In this document: positions 13,043-24,784 of the stretch, one piece after another
How the letters are laid out: each line of letters starts with the position of its first letter
Numbering within the stretch: position 1 is the first letter of the stretch
Origin: Mobula hypostoma
Taxonomy: Eukaryota
Assembly: GCF_963921235.1 (NCBI RefSeq)
Contig: NC_086097.1
Location: 54,374,001-54,438,000, forward strand
DNA: 64,000 nucleotides
Direction: 5' to 3'
Program-made: the position numbers and the translations under genes
The notes under the pieces: model-generated
Told to the model about the DNA's origin: nothing
Seen by the model: only the letters and a program-made list of their open reading frames with translations
Database searches by the model: none

Positions 13043-13139
13043 TTATCAGGGCTGCATTTGTGGTCTCTTTGCGAAAACGAAATTTTTTAAGCTTTTCCAT
13101 CAGCTGTTCATCGACTCCACACAAACTCACTGGGCAGCT
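13043..13139 (-). CDS. GMFB: GMFB coding exon 2 (97 nt)
   Basis: Encodes SCPVSLCGVDEQLMEKLKKFRFRKETTNAALI. TTTCAG acceptor, GTGAGT donor. Confidence 0.96.
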
Positions 13140-13448
13140 CTGAAAGGAAGGGAGATGGGAGAGCACAGTGACGAGCAGGGCATTACACATCGGGGAAAAA
13201 AAAGGCAAGTATTTGTCAGGAATCAATCATACTGTAATCGTCTGTATCTATTTAGGAGCTGGCTCGTGGTTCACCACGAAGAAAATTAAAAGCAGGGAAC
13301 ACAGCAGGAAAATGATGCTTGTGGGATTCTTAGGCCCTGAAAGCGCTGGTCTCCCGAGCCAGTGGATGAGGAGCTCCGGCTACCGAGCCCCAACCCCAAC
13401 ACCTGGAAAATGCCGCACACTAGCCCCAAAACAAAACCCACTTCTTAC

Positions 13449-13451
13449 CAT
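13449..13451 (-). CDS. GMFB: GMFB exon 1 coding part (ATG only)
   Basis: Minus-strand GAAAATG|GTAAG. An ATG-only first coding exon is typical of ADF-H/GMF genes and the phase fits exon 2. Confidence 0.85.
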
Positions 13452-15429
13452 TTTCAAATCTCTTCCCCCACTTTTTCAATGCCGGAGGCTCTTGATTTCC
13501 CTTCTGATCCCTGCAGCCTCGTGATTCCAACAGGAACCAATCAGCAATCGGGCTCATCACTCCTTAATTTGAATGACATCATCGGGAAGAATCCCAGGAC
13601 CTGGGATAGACAGGAACAGCGCAGCGCTTCTCTGTCAGAAGCGATGGGGAAGCAAAATCCTCATAGAGATTCGGGAAATCCAGAGCAACACACACAAAAT
13701 GCTGGAGGAACTTGCCTTGGTCCACAACGCCAATTATTTATTCGGTTCCATAGATGCTGCCTGACCTGCCGAGTACCTCCAGCATTTTGTGTGTGTTAAT
13801 CCTTCATAGTGGATGCGTTCTTTTTCACAGGGGCATGCAAAGAAAAAAAAGTGTGGGTAATGCGCAGGGGTTAAAATGATGAATGGTCTTGAGTTGTGCT
13901 TTAAAATTAACCAATTCTTAAAACGAGGTGAAATTTAATAAAACGAGAATCCCTGCGTCTGTGAAATGTTCGCCATCATGATGGAATCTTCAGAACGTTG
14001 ATACTGATGTGAGAGAGCTGGCAGGGAGAGAATAAAAAGCATTAAGCATTTCGCTTGCCTGTAATATATATATTTATTGATTAGTATTCATGGTTCAAAC
14101 CTAAGAATAGATAAGAAGTTCGTGGACATTTAGGTTACCACTTAAATTGGAAGAGGAGTGATTTTATCGAGTGGGTCCTACGGTCAGGACTAAGGCCGTT
14201 TTTAATTTTTATAAGTGACTTGGATTTAGAAACTGAGTACTAAAGTCAGATTTGCAGATGTACCAAATTAGGAAAGCATTAGAATCAAAATGTAAAGGAT
14301 ACAGACACGATGCACAGAAAATATAATTACAGGGGAAAAGATGCCACGTTGCCATAAAGCATTGACTTATAAATGAAACCAAAATAACTCGAAGACTTTC
14401 AGGATTAGCTGAGGGAAGAGGAGCTGAACCACAATGAATTACATTAGTAAATTCAGCTGTGGACTGGATTTCAAACTCTGATGATTTTTTTTGTGACAGC
14501 CCTATGTTATGCATATTAACAGTGCAAAAGAAATTTACTACTGTATAAGGAGTGTCATTTATTTATGGACTATTGTAACTTGAATTTAAGTAGAAGAGTC
14601 AAATAGAATAGATGGCCAAAATTTAAACTAAAATGGAAAATATCATAAATATTCAGAAATCAATCAGTAATTTGGACAAAGGTAGTTATTGGAAGGGTCT
14701 ACCCTTTACTATTATGGAAATAGTAAAGGTGAAGAACAGAAGGTAAGATTAGAGATGAATTTTGTAGTGTTCTTAATATTGAAGAAGATCCCAAGGAAAG
14801 TCGCTCAAAAAGATGAGATACTACAAGAGTTGATCAAATACATATTTAAGCGTATAAGGAGTCTAAAGAAAGGCTTTGGGGGGTAATTCCAGGCAATGTA
14901 CCTTGGCTATTCTCTCAGCTGAACAATCAATGAAGCAGGATTGCACAGAAAGCAGTTTTATACAACAACATACTGAGACATTTGTGAGGGTCCTCTGTTT
15001 AAATCCTCATCGAAATGCGATCACCTGTGAACATGGGTGTATTCTGCTGAATCTCTTTTAACAGAAGGATAGATCTGAAATATTGACTCAGTTTTTCAGT
15101 CTCTTTCTGCAGATGGTGTGAAACTTGTTGACTATTTTCAGCCCGTTCCGCTTTTAATTACATCAATTTGATACATCTACGTTTGTATTAATCAAGATGC
15201 AATGTCTAAATTCTTGATCGTTTATTCTGGGATCTAAGGATACTAACAGCTGAGCCTGAGATTTACCAGCCCAAACCGTCCACCAGGAAATAATTAAATT
15301 ATAACTGGAAATACTGACTGCTTTGAAGTGCTGCTAATATTGAAACCGAGGGGAAAGAATGCGCCCGAATGTTTGTGGCGCTGCACTTGCCGTAGTTGTT
15401 GCTAACATCCGGCGGTTGCTGGGAGGCCA
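13452..15429. promoter_or_regulatory. Divergent GMFB/CGRRF1 5' UTR and promoter interval
   Basis: Opposite-strand start codons about 2 kb apart. CpG-enriched near both genes; CATCCGG (ETS-like) and GTTGCT (RFX half-site-like) just upstream of the CGRRF1 ATG. Confidence 0.6.
13667..13797. mobile_element. Palindromic Penelope-derived mini-element
   Basis: 26-bp inverted arms (13687-13712, 13772-13797; one mismatch). Near-TSD AATCCTCATAG / AATCCTTCATAG. Confidence 0.7.
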
Positions 15430-15533
15430 ATGGCTGCAGTGTTTCTGGTGATGTTATACGAGTACTCGCCGCTTTTCTACATAACGCTCATCTTCGTCTG
15501 TTTTTTTGTAACGACAGCTGTGATATTTGGATG
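15430..15533 (+). CDS. CGRRF1: Cell growth regulator with RING finger domain 1, exon 1 (104 nt; N-terminal TM segment)
   Basis: MAAVFLVMLYEYSPLFYITLIFVCFFVTTAVIFG(W). GTAAGT donor. Confidence 0.96.
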
Positions 15534-15630
15534 GTAAGTGTCGGAGTAAGAGACGTCGAATAAAAAAAAATACGTCGGTCCCAGAGCGCTCATTAATCAT
15601 GGCAAATATGTGACATTATTCCTAAACCAG

Positions 15631-15770
15631 GTTTGTTTGGGATATTCCTGTGATAATCCGTAATTCAGAGGAGACAGAGTCCGGGCCTGGGGTGCAGAGG
15701 AAGCGCATGGTGCAAGTGAAAAACCCCTTCGCCTTGGAAATTATAAATTCCCTTACAGCGTCTGTTACAG
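15631..15770 (+). CDS. CGRRF1: CGRRF1 exon 2 (140 nt)
   Basis: FVWDIPVIIRNSEETE...MVQVKNPFALEIINS. CAG/GT boundaries in phase. Confidence 0.95.
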
Positions 15771-17987
15771 GTAACATAACATTTCGAGATTATAAATGAA
15801 ATGGTTCAAGTCGTAGTAACGCTACAATGAATGCAAGGTGCTCCTAATGTTAAAAAAATTAAAGTTAAAAAGGTAAGAAAACAGTCAACCATAAAGATGT
15901 GATAACAGAAAAGGTAATCCAAAACACTATCAAGCATTTAATAAAAAAGGGTCTGCATAGAAGAGCAGGGTTAGGGTTGTAGTCTAAACATTTAAGTATA
16001 AATCCGGATAAAGCTTGCAATTTTCTTCAACCAAGTGAACGTCGTTCATAATAGTTGGGTATTGAGGCAGTCAGTTGTAGTTTGTTCAAAACAAAATTGC
16101 GTTCGTGACTGCTTAATGTAGTTAGTTATTGAAAGGTTGCATTTGATTTTGTTATTACCTGATCTGTTTCTTAATTTTTCTTCCAAGATCAAATCTGTGG
16201 TGTGTGCTGTTTGTTTTCAGATCCCATGCCTTGGTCTACTTGGGGCATAATGTGTTTTAAATGAAATGTAATGCATATTACATAAGTGATCTGGTACATT
16301 AGGTTCAAAATAATGTTAAAGTTGAAATTATTGTCATATACACAAGTACGTGTATGCAATGTACAAGTACATGTAGTACAATGAAAAACTTATTTGCCAC
16401 TGCATCACAGGGACATAGCTTCATTTAAGTTGTGTTCATAAGAAAAATATAAGTGTAAAATTTAAGTATAATTTATTTAAAAAATAACAATTGGAACATA
16501 TAGATCAATTTTGGTGCCAAGAGTGCAAAGTCATCAATAATATACTTGTGCAATTACCAATCCTAAATCACACTGTAAACATGTAGATATTGCTTTTGCA
16601 AAAAGTCTTTTATTTGCCTTTTTTAAAAAGCTTTAAATTTTATTTTAAATAAGTGTGAAAGTTAAAACCAAACTTTAATCATCATTAATGATGTGTTACA
16701 TCAATAAATTGATGTAACTTTTTTAAACAGACTTTTTAAAATCAGTTCCAAGGTAGGGCACAGACAGATCTGGTGATATTTATTGATGATTATAGCTGGA
16801 TTATGTATTTTTATAATTGAATCCTATACTATGGTTGTGTTTTCAAGAAATTATTTACCATGATTGTTTTGGTATTTTCTGACTTCTGGTATGTTGGTTT
16901 TATGCTTGGAAAACTGTTTAATAGTTCCTGCCAATTCTGTAGCTCAGCTGGGAAACTTAATGTCAGACTTAAACTAAGTAGACTGGAGTGACAAAAAGGC
17001 AAGATTTTGCTTTCCTGCTTTTGATAAGTGTTGACTTCACGGAGTGAGTTTACCTACAAAACTGTCCTCTTGGCTAATTGTGGTGTGAGGTTGAAATGAT
17101 GGACCCATTCATCCTGCAAGCTTAAATTCTGGAGAAGTATATAGTTTCGTTGTCACACGCCAGTTTCTCTGCAAGCCCTAATTTTTCTCAAACCATCATC
17201 ATTCAAGTGGAAAAAGAGCGAAGGGTCTTAATTAACAACTGCGGGATATCACTTCTAGTTGAGTGTATGAACCAGCTCCCGTACTATGCCTTAGTGCAGT
17301 TGATGTTTTAGTGGTCATCATCCTTCTCTATTTGTGCATTTCTGTACTTGCATACATAGTATTCTCTCTTTTGTGTAAGCTTTGCCAGTGGCACTTCAGC
17401 ATTCCTCAAGTGGTCCTAAAACATCTTCTGGAGTAATTATCCTCGAAACATATGGCGATTCTTGATCTAGCTAGTAGAACACACTTCTAGTGAGATGTTA
17501 GCTTTGATCAGTAACGTGTCGCCGACTATTTATTTAATCATTTTGAGTCGTCATAAATTTTGCTGGAAACCTCCTGTAGCTTATGTAGGTCCTCTCTCTA
17601 ATCATTATTCAGCTTGTTGGTGTCCTAATTGCAGAGCAGTTATCTTCATACCTCTATCTTTCACCTTGTGCTTCACCTCTGATGACCAATAAAGGTGCGT
17701 CTGCTACTATCTTTCCTGGTTTGTATAGAGTGAAATCATTACACTGCGGATATGAGCAAGTTGCAGTCGTACTGTGCTCAGTATTTTGCTCAAGGTGACC
17801 TTGACCTCTTTCTGCTGGTGCTTTTGCTACTGTTGAAGTGGCTGTGATTTTATTTTCTGCATCTATAGGATTGTTAATGGCTCTAAGTTGGCAAATTTTG
17901 TTCTGCTGTGGTGATTTGCTTTGGGTATTGGCTTGCTGTCTAGTACTAGATGCATCTCTTTATCAAATTTGTTTCTTTTTCCTCCTT

Positions 17988-18661
17988 GTTTCAAGTTTAA
18001 TTATCATTCAACCATACATGAATATAGCCAAACATAACAGTGTTATTCCAGAGCCAAGGTGCAAAACACATTACACACAGCTCATGTGGCTTGTTTTCAG
18101 GAAAAAAAGCATACAGTTACAAAGAGAAAATAATAATACAGCCCAAGTCTCTGTGTGGCATGACAAGATTGATAGCAAGTTGTCCTAGTCCAGCCTGTTC
18201 CACCGAGTGAATACCGGAGGGCAGCACCACCTTGGCATCTCTGTCCTTAGGCGACTGCCACAGGCGACCCTATGGCCCTGGCCTACACCACAACCATCAC
18301 AACTGAGGCAACACAGCTCCCCCACCGTTGGTCTCTCCAATGAACCACTGAACCAGACCCGCAATGTCCAACAGGATGTTGCGATCACAATAAAAACGCT
18401 CAAGACAATCACTTGCACCATGCTGTTTCTTGGCACAACAACGGTATGCAACAAGTCCAAGCAACAACACAACAACAATACCCAATAAGTCCAGCTCCAT
18501 CACTATCAAGCAACTTGCTGACGGGATAGCCCTGCGGTACCTGACGTTTTTAGTATTCAGTAGTGACATGCGATCGTAAAAAAAGACTTGCAAGATGAAC
18601 AAAAGCACCTTTGATTGGTGCCAGAGTGGCCGCTGTGTCCAAGCATGCCGCCATCTTACCG
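17988..18661 (-). mobile_element. Probable non-autonomous retroposon (family uncertain, Rex1-related termini)
   Basis: Minus strand starts CGGTAAGATGGCGGC (YY1-like) and ends in an AATTAAACTTGA-type tail resembling other Rex1-type tails in the window. Confidence 0.4.
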
Positions 18662-19052
18662 TATCGGTTTCAGTGAGATTACGGCCACTGGTGTAACAAT
18701 CTGCTTGAGGAACTCAGTGGGTTGAGCAGCATCTGTTGGTGGGAGTTCAGAGGGAAAAGGAAAGACCAATATTTGGGGTCAAAACCCTGCATTGTAGAAG
18801 AACTCTCATCAAGTTTCACGTACCAACATGTTGAAGCAGACTTGATGGACCTGATGGCCTAATTCTGCTCCTATGTCTAATGGTCTAACATCTAATTCTG
18901 GAATCAAAAATAAGCATATTTCTGATAATCCTGGCATGTTTTATTTTGTCCCTGTCACCTGGGAGGTTTGCTTTTAATAAAGGCGTAATCTTATTTGTTA
19001 TTGAAGCTTTCCTGTCCCAACAATGGAGATCATTGAATTGCTATGGTTAATA

Positions 19053-19633
19053 AACAAAAGACAATCTGCAGATGCTGGAAATCCGAGCAACACACACAAG
19101 ATGCTGGAGGAATTCAGCAGGCTGGGCAGCGTCTAGGAAAAGAGTACAGTCGATGTTTTGGGCCGAAAGGCGGGATCTCGCAGTGGCCACCCATTTTAAT
19201 TCCACTTCCCATTCCCATTCCGATATGTCCATCCATGGTCGCCTTCACTGTTGTGACGAGGTCACACTTTCGTTGGAGGAACGACAGTTTGTATTCCGTT
19301 TGGGTAGTCTCTGACCTGATGGCATGAACATCAATTTCTGAAACTTCTGGTGATGCCACCCTGCCCCCCCCCCCCATTCCCTATCCCCTTTTTGCTTTCT
19401 TCCATGGCCTTCTGTGTCTTTCACCAATCAACTTCCCAGCTCTTTACTTCATTCTTTCCCCCTCCAGGTTTCTCCAATCACCTTGGGTTTCTCTCTCCCC
19501 TCCTCCACCTTTTAAAATCTACTCCTCAGCTTTTTTCTTCAGTCCTGCCGCACAGTTTCGGCCCAAAACTTTGACTGTACTCCTTTCATAAATGCTGCCT
19601 GGCCTGCTGAGTTCCTCCAACATTTTGTGTGTG
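19053..19633 (+). mobile_element. Penelope-like insertion with inverted 5' terminal repeat, GIY-YIG C-terminus and 3' terminal repeat
   Basis: VATHFNSTSHSHSDMSIHG...LEERQFVFRLGSL. 15-bp direct repeat TTGCTATGGTTAATA at 19038-19052 and 19634-19648. Confidence 0.85.
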
Positions 19634-22298
19634 TTGCTATGGTTAATATGTGGGTAGTACCCATTTCTGCTGTACCTCTTGGACTACTTTGCAAACTTTT
19701 TCTGCAACTGACTATGTATTTTAAAAGGAAGTGGATTGTTGGTTTTACTTAGGTGATTTAAGATATTCAAAATTACAATGCAAGATATGTGAAATGCATC
19801 GTTGTAGAATATGTCCAGCAGGTCATACTGTGCTAGTAGAGAGATTTTTGAAAAAACAGCCCGTATTGATGATGGATGACCTTCAGCTGATCTGCCCTGT
19901 TGCATTTTTTTAATGTTATGTGAAGTTGTTGAATTTGGTTATTGAAATCCGCCATCTGGGTGCATTTTAAGCCTTCCAGACACTTGAATTTCCTATTCTA
20001 TGCCTGATTTATCTATGCATTTTGCCCTCTTCACGTGGTTTCATTGTTCAAACTCTGAGCATAATTGTAACAATTGCACTTTGTAACTTGAAATTTTTAG
20101 CTTTTAAATTGATCTTGTACGGTTGTCAAGCTTGGAAATTGGCTGCTAGTTAGTTTTTATTGTTGCCCAGATATCATCATTCTTGGTAGGGGAATCCCTG
20201 AATGTTTCAAATCCATCAGCAGGTGAACAGATCTAACAGGGCAATACAGTTATTTAATTCTGCAAATTTAATCCTGGTCTGACAGATAGATCAGTGAAGG
20301 ACCATATTGGTGTCCCAGTCATATCAGTATCTGGGAGTACAATTTTCAGGAAGGAAGACTGTATTGCAGTTAGACAGTACTCCTACCTTGTAGCAGGGTT
20401 CTAAAATTTCTTCCACAGTGATAGTCAAATGAGTGATCAATTCCTTTGAAACTCAGACCCAATTATTACACTGGTAAAAACACAAATTATAGTTTCATTC
20501 ACAAGGCTGAGCAGTTGTGAGCATCACCAACAAATTAGACCTGTATGTACCAGCATTATTTGTGGCAATACAATTATTTTGTCCTTAGTGTCCTACACAG
20601 CAGACACTGTATTGTCCAACAAGCACGTTCCTTCATATATAATGGTAGGAGAACCTATATCACAATATAAATTTGTTCAGAAGGGAGGGGAGATTTTTCT
20701 CTTGCTGACATGGGAAAAAAAAAGGCATATATTCTCTGCAGCCCATTCTCACCACCTGCTTTTATGTAATAGAAGCTATTGTACAAGTTTTTCAACTTCT
20801 CATTACAAACTTAGTTTGTAGCAAAATTGTTTGATCCTTTGCACACGAGGTGGCTTCTCTGTAGGGTGCTTAAACCACATGCAGAGAAGCTTACTGAAGT
20901 CTAATATTGGTTTAATTTTTTTCTCTTGCATGCACTTTTGCTTCTAGCACATCCTGACATGTTATTTGTACGATTTCACACTTTGCATAAACTTGTCCCA
21001 ATTATCAGCTTATTCTTACAGCAACCATGGCCTGAAACAATTAGAGACATTCCCTCTGTCCTCTATACCCCTCCCCTATCTTTGCAACTTAATTTTTTTA
21101 ATCTTTTATTTCTCCCTCCGCCTGACAAAGGGCTTCAACCTGGAAGATTATCCCTACTTCTCTGTCCATGTACCATTGCAAGAAAAAGTTTGTGAACCCT
21201 TTGCAGTTACCTACTTTTCTGCATTAATTACTCAAAATGTGGTCTGATCTTCATCTAAGTCACAATAATAGACAAACACAATCTGCCTAAACTAATAACA
21301 CATAAACAATTGTACTTCTCGTCCATACTGAACCTACAGTTCAGAGGAATAAGGTGTGCTCTCATTGCAGCTAAATTATTTGGGGGATTTGATAAGGTAG
21401 ATATTGTGTTGTTTTCTCTGCTAGTTGAGTGTTATAAGATTACACATAGTTTGTCTTTAGTTTTCAGTCACACTCTTTCTGCACTTATTGTTTTTTCTTG
21501 AAAAGAAACTTGTCAATGAGCTTACTTATCTTTAACCTAACTGTATACTTCTGGATTTAGATTTGTGTTTACTGGTAATTGTATTCTCTGAATCTTATTT
21601 TTTAACTTTTGTGTCTATGTTTGTTTGCTGTATGTATGTTTAACAAAACTATTTCATTTATTGATTTTCATCTTCCCTGGTATTTTTAGTTTAGGTATTT
21701 GCTAATATAAAATGTAAGTTTATTAAATCATATCTTTTCATTTTAAACTCATTCATATTTGAGCAGAAATGTACTTTAATGTAAGATCTTTTGAGATTGT
21801 TTTATTTGAACTTTTGGCTCAAAAGAGTTTGCTTGCTTTTTCACTGAATCTGGATTAAACCACTTTTGTTTTATCCCTTCTTCGGAGTTGTTTTTTTTGT
21901 GATCTCTGGATATTGGAATGGTTTCCCTACATCTATTTTGTACTTGTCTATTTGCTTAATTTTACTTGAAAACAACTTTTTTTTACATTGATGTTTTTGA
22001 TTATTTTAAAACTTAGTGCATTTGATACCTGTCACAGGTGTTTCTTGTATTTCATGTTAATTTTGATCATTTCTTCCTCCCATTTCTGTCCTCTAACTTC
22101 AGTACTTGCCTTATTTAATCTTCTTGCTTCATTAAAACTATAGAAGCGTCATACTTGTGATTGTATTGTAACTTTGATATGTTGCATTTTCCTGTGATTT
22201 AACTTCTTTTAAAGAATCAGTATTTATGCAATGACTTTGTTTCCAGCTTTGAACTTTGGTTTTATTTTAAATACAGAAATATCTGCTTTGCCTTGCAG

Positions 22299-22476
22299 GT
22301 GGAATAACCTTCAAATCAAACTGCATAGAGAAATGTACTTTGACCATCTATTGGGGATGCAGTGTTCATAAACTCCATGAAGGATTACAAAAACACATTT
22401 ACTGCTTTAGAATAAGGCTGCCACAGAAACTAGAGGAAGCAATAGACAAAGAATATCTCTATCGAGAGGAATTTCT
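22299..22476 (+). CDS. CGRRF1: CGRRF1 exon 3 (178 nt)
   Basis: GITFKSNCIEKCTLTIYWGCSVHKLHEGLQKHIYCFRI...EYLYREEF. Confidence 0.95.
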
Positions 22477-23166
22477 GTATCTTTTTTCATTTCTGATGAC
22501 CAGGTCAAATGTTTCATTGTATAGCTATTCGAAGTTTTGAATTATAGCAACTTATTTCAGATGACATAGAATAACCTGTTGAGTTAACAGTCTAATGATA
22601 GCAGAATAGATCAATTTGAAAAAGGTACATTGAATTAAGGTATTTTCTAACTTTGTTTGTTATTGGTTTGATTTGAGTAAAAATCAAAGCTGTTAAAAGG
22701 AATAATTTCTGGCACATTTATATATAGGGTTCATAGTCTCCTTCAGACTTTAACAGTAGCTTTCTGCTCTGGTACACTGAAAACTTGATATAATCCCAGA
22801 TATTCATCATCAATGAAATCTAATAATTCCATGAACCATTAATGATAGTGACCAAAGGGCATTTTTTAAGAAGAAAAATAAGGATTTCATATATTGCATT
22901 AGAGATAATTTTCATGGGGGGGGCACGCGGGTGTGGAGAATGTATCTATCAGTCGTGCTTTGTTGCGTTTCTGTAGAAGAGTTAGTAAAATTAACAAATT
23001 ACTATTAGTTTATGATAACTGAGCTGAGAATATTTTGTAACTTCCTTCAGGAAGTTCTAGGAACCAACAACTAATAACTTAGACTTTTAATTAGGGAGGT
23101 AGCATTTTCTTTGTAGATGCAAAACTATTATTTTAGGCTATTATTTTCTTTAACACATAGGCTTAG
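22477..23166 (+). other. CGRRF1: U12-type GT-AG intron of CGRRF1 (intron 3)
   Basis: Donor GTATCTTTT. Branch-like TTTCTTTAAC at 23145-23154, then a 12-nt segment with no pyrimidine tract ending in AG. Confidence 0.8.
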
Positions 23167-23314
23167 TATTGAGAAAGAAAGTGATGACGAAATATTCCCT
23201 CGGCTTCCTGAATATTTAGCAATTAAAGACTTCGGGGATCTTCCGCGAGCGCGATATCCAATAGTGGCATTGCTAACATTAACAGAAGAAGAAAATTGGG
23301 ATATTTATGAAATT
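23167..23314 (+). CDS. CGRRF1: CGRRF1 exon 4 (148 nt)
   Basis: IEKESDDEIFPRLPEYLAIKDFGDLPRARYPIVALLTLTEEENWDIYEI. GTAAGT donor. Confidence 0.93.
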
Positions 23315-23779
23315 GTAAGTAGATCTCTTTAAAAGATTGTACATATAAAGCAGAAAAGTAACATTTTGAATTATGCTAGCTGAAAGGTAATTTTATTTTC
23401 CATTCATTTCCACTAACATGCCTAATCTGCTGATTAACAAAATATACAACGATTGGCAACAGCTGTGGAGGAAGGAATAGAGAGAATAATAACATTTTAG
23501 AACAATTTGAAACGTTAATTCTGTTTCTTTCTGTCTTTAAAGATCTCTTTCACCTACTTACTATTAATGCTTTCTGTTACTCCAAGAGATGGATGTGAAA
23601 AGCATGATCCCAGATATATTTCCAAACTATTCAGTTAAAGGAAAGAAAAGATCACAGTCTGAGGCAGCAGATTTCAAATTTGCATGTTTTTCAGTGAACA
23701 GTAGGTAACTTGTTTCGTGAGACGGAGACATGGATCCAGAAAAAAGCGAGAAGTGTCAGAAATGGACCAAGTGAACTTG

Positions 23780-24215
23780 AGAGTAGACTGGAATTGGCTA
23801 TGTGGAACCGTCCTCGCTCCAAGCTTTTTCTGTTACTGCTCCTCAACTCTTTTACATCTGTGACACTTTTAGTGTTGCTACCTGCACCGATGCAGAGCTT
23901 GGAAATTGCTACTAATTTCCATCCTACTTTCAAATTCACTTTGACCATTTCTGAATCTCCCCTCTCTTAGTTAGGAACCATGTGATTGCCCATGACACCT
24001 TTCATTTGTCAGAAGTGAGGGGAAACAAAAGAAAACTTGTTCAGGGTGAGAATGAATTCAGCCTGGTGAATGAGATTGTTGGTGGAGGGGAACTAGTTAG
24101 ATATTTGTTGCAGAAGGAAGAGGAGGGCTTTAAGACCTTCATGGGGAACGGAGGTATATAAAACTAGACATTGCAGTGGAGATGAGTAGTGGGGGCTTGG
24201 GAATCAGATGTTGTC
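23780..24215. mobile_element. Old Penelope RT fragments in opposite orientations
   Basis: Plus strand ATNFHPTFKFTLTISESPL. The minus-strand part resembles the PLE RT SLYTSIPH-EGLKAL...LTLNNF region. Confidence 0.55.
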
Positions 24216-24676
24216 AATATGGTGGTTCCACTAATTCACAATTCTAAAATATTTTGCTCTTCGGCTAAATTTTAAAGCATGGTCCCAAATATATTTTCAA
24301 GTGATTCAGCTAAAAGAAGCAAAATGTCACAGTCTGAGGTGGCAGTTTGCAGACTTGCATGATATTCAAAACGAGGTAGTAGGTAGCTTTTTATCCTCTA
24401 TTCTCATCAGTCATAGACCAATCAGTTCTGCTCTCCTAAAATCAAGCTAAAAGAAGGAACATTAAGAATTTTTTTTTTTACTTTATTTACTTTTCAAAGT
24501 AAAGTTTAAAAAATGTTTCAAGTATTATGTACCAATATTACATTTTCCAGACTTGGGATCGATAAAATTTGGCGAGGGGAAAAATGTTATATTAATGCAA
24601 GACCATATTTAACAAGTAATTTTTTTTGCTATTTCTAAGCAGAATTATTGATTGTTTATGATTCATGTATCACTAG

Positions 24677-24784
24677 ATTTCAATGGTAACCGTAATCCAT
24701 GTTCCCGATGAGAAGTACAAACTTGCCTGTCGTATTTTGTACCAGTATCTACTGACTGCTCAGGGTCATGTATATGACCTTAAG
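24677..24784 (+). CDS. CGRRF1: CGRRF1 exon 5 (108 nt)
   Basis: ISMVTVIHVPDEKYKLACRILYQYLLTAQGHVYDLK. TAG/GTAAGA boundaries. Confidence 0.96.

Noticed and set aside
13362-13799. 145-aa plus-strand ORF antisense to GMFB exon 1
   Set aside because: No recognisable domain, and its C-terminus is the Penelope palindrome.
23603-23662. C/D-box snoRNA (ATGATCC...CTGA)
   Set aside because: Box C does not match RTGATGA and there is no convincing terminal stem.
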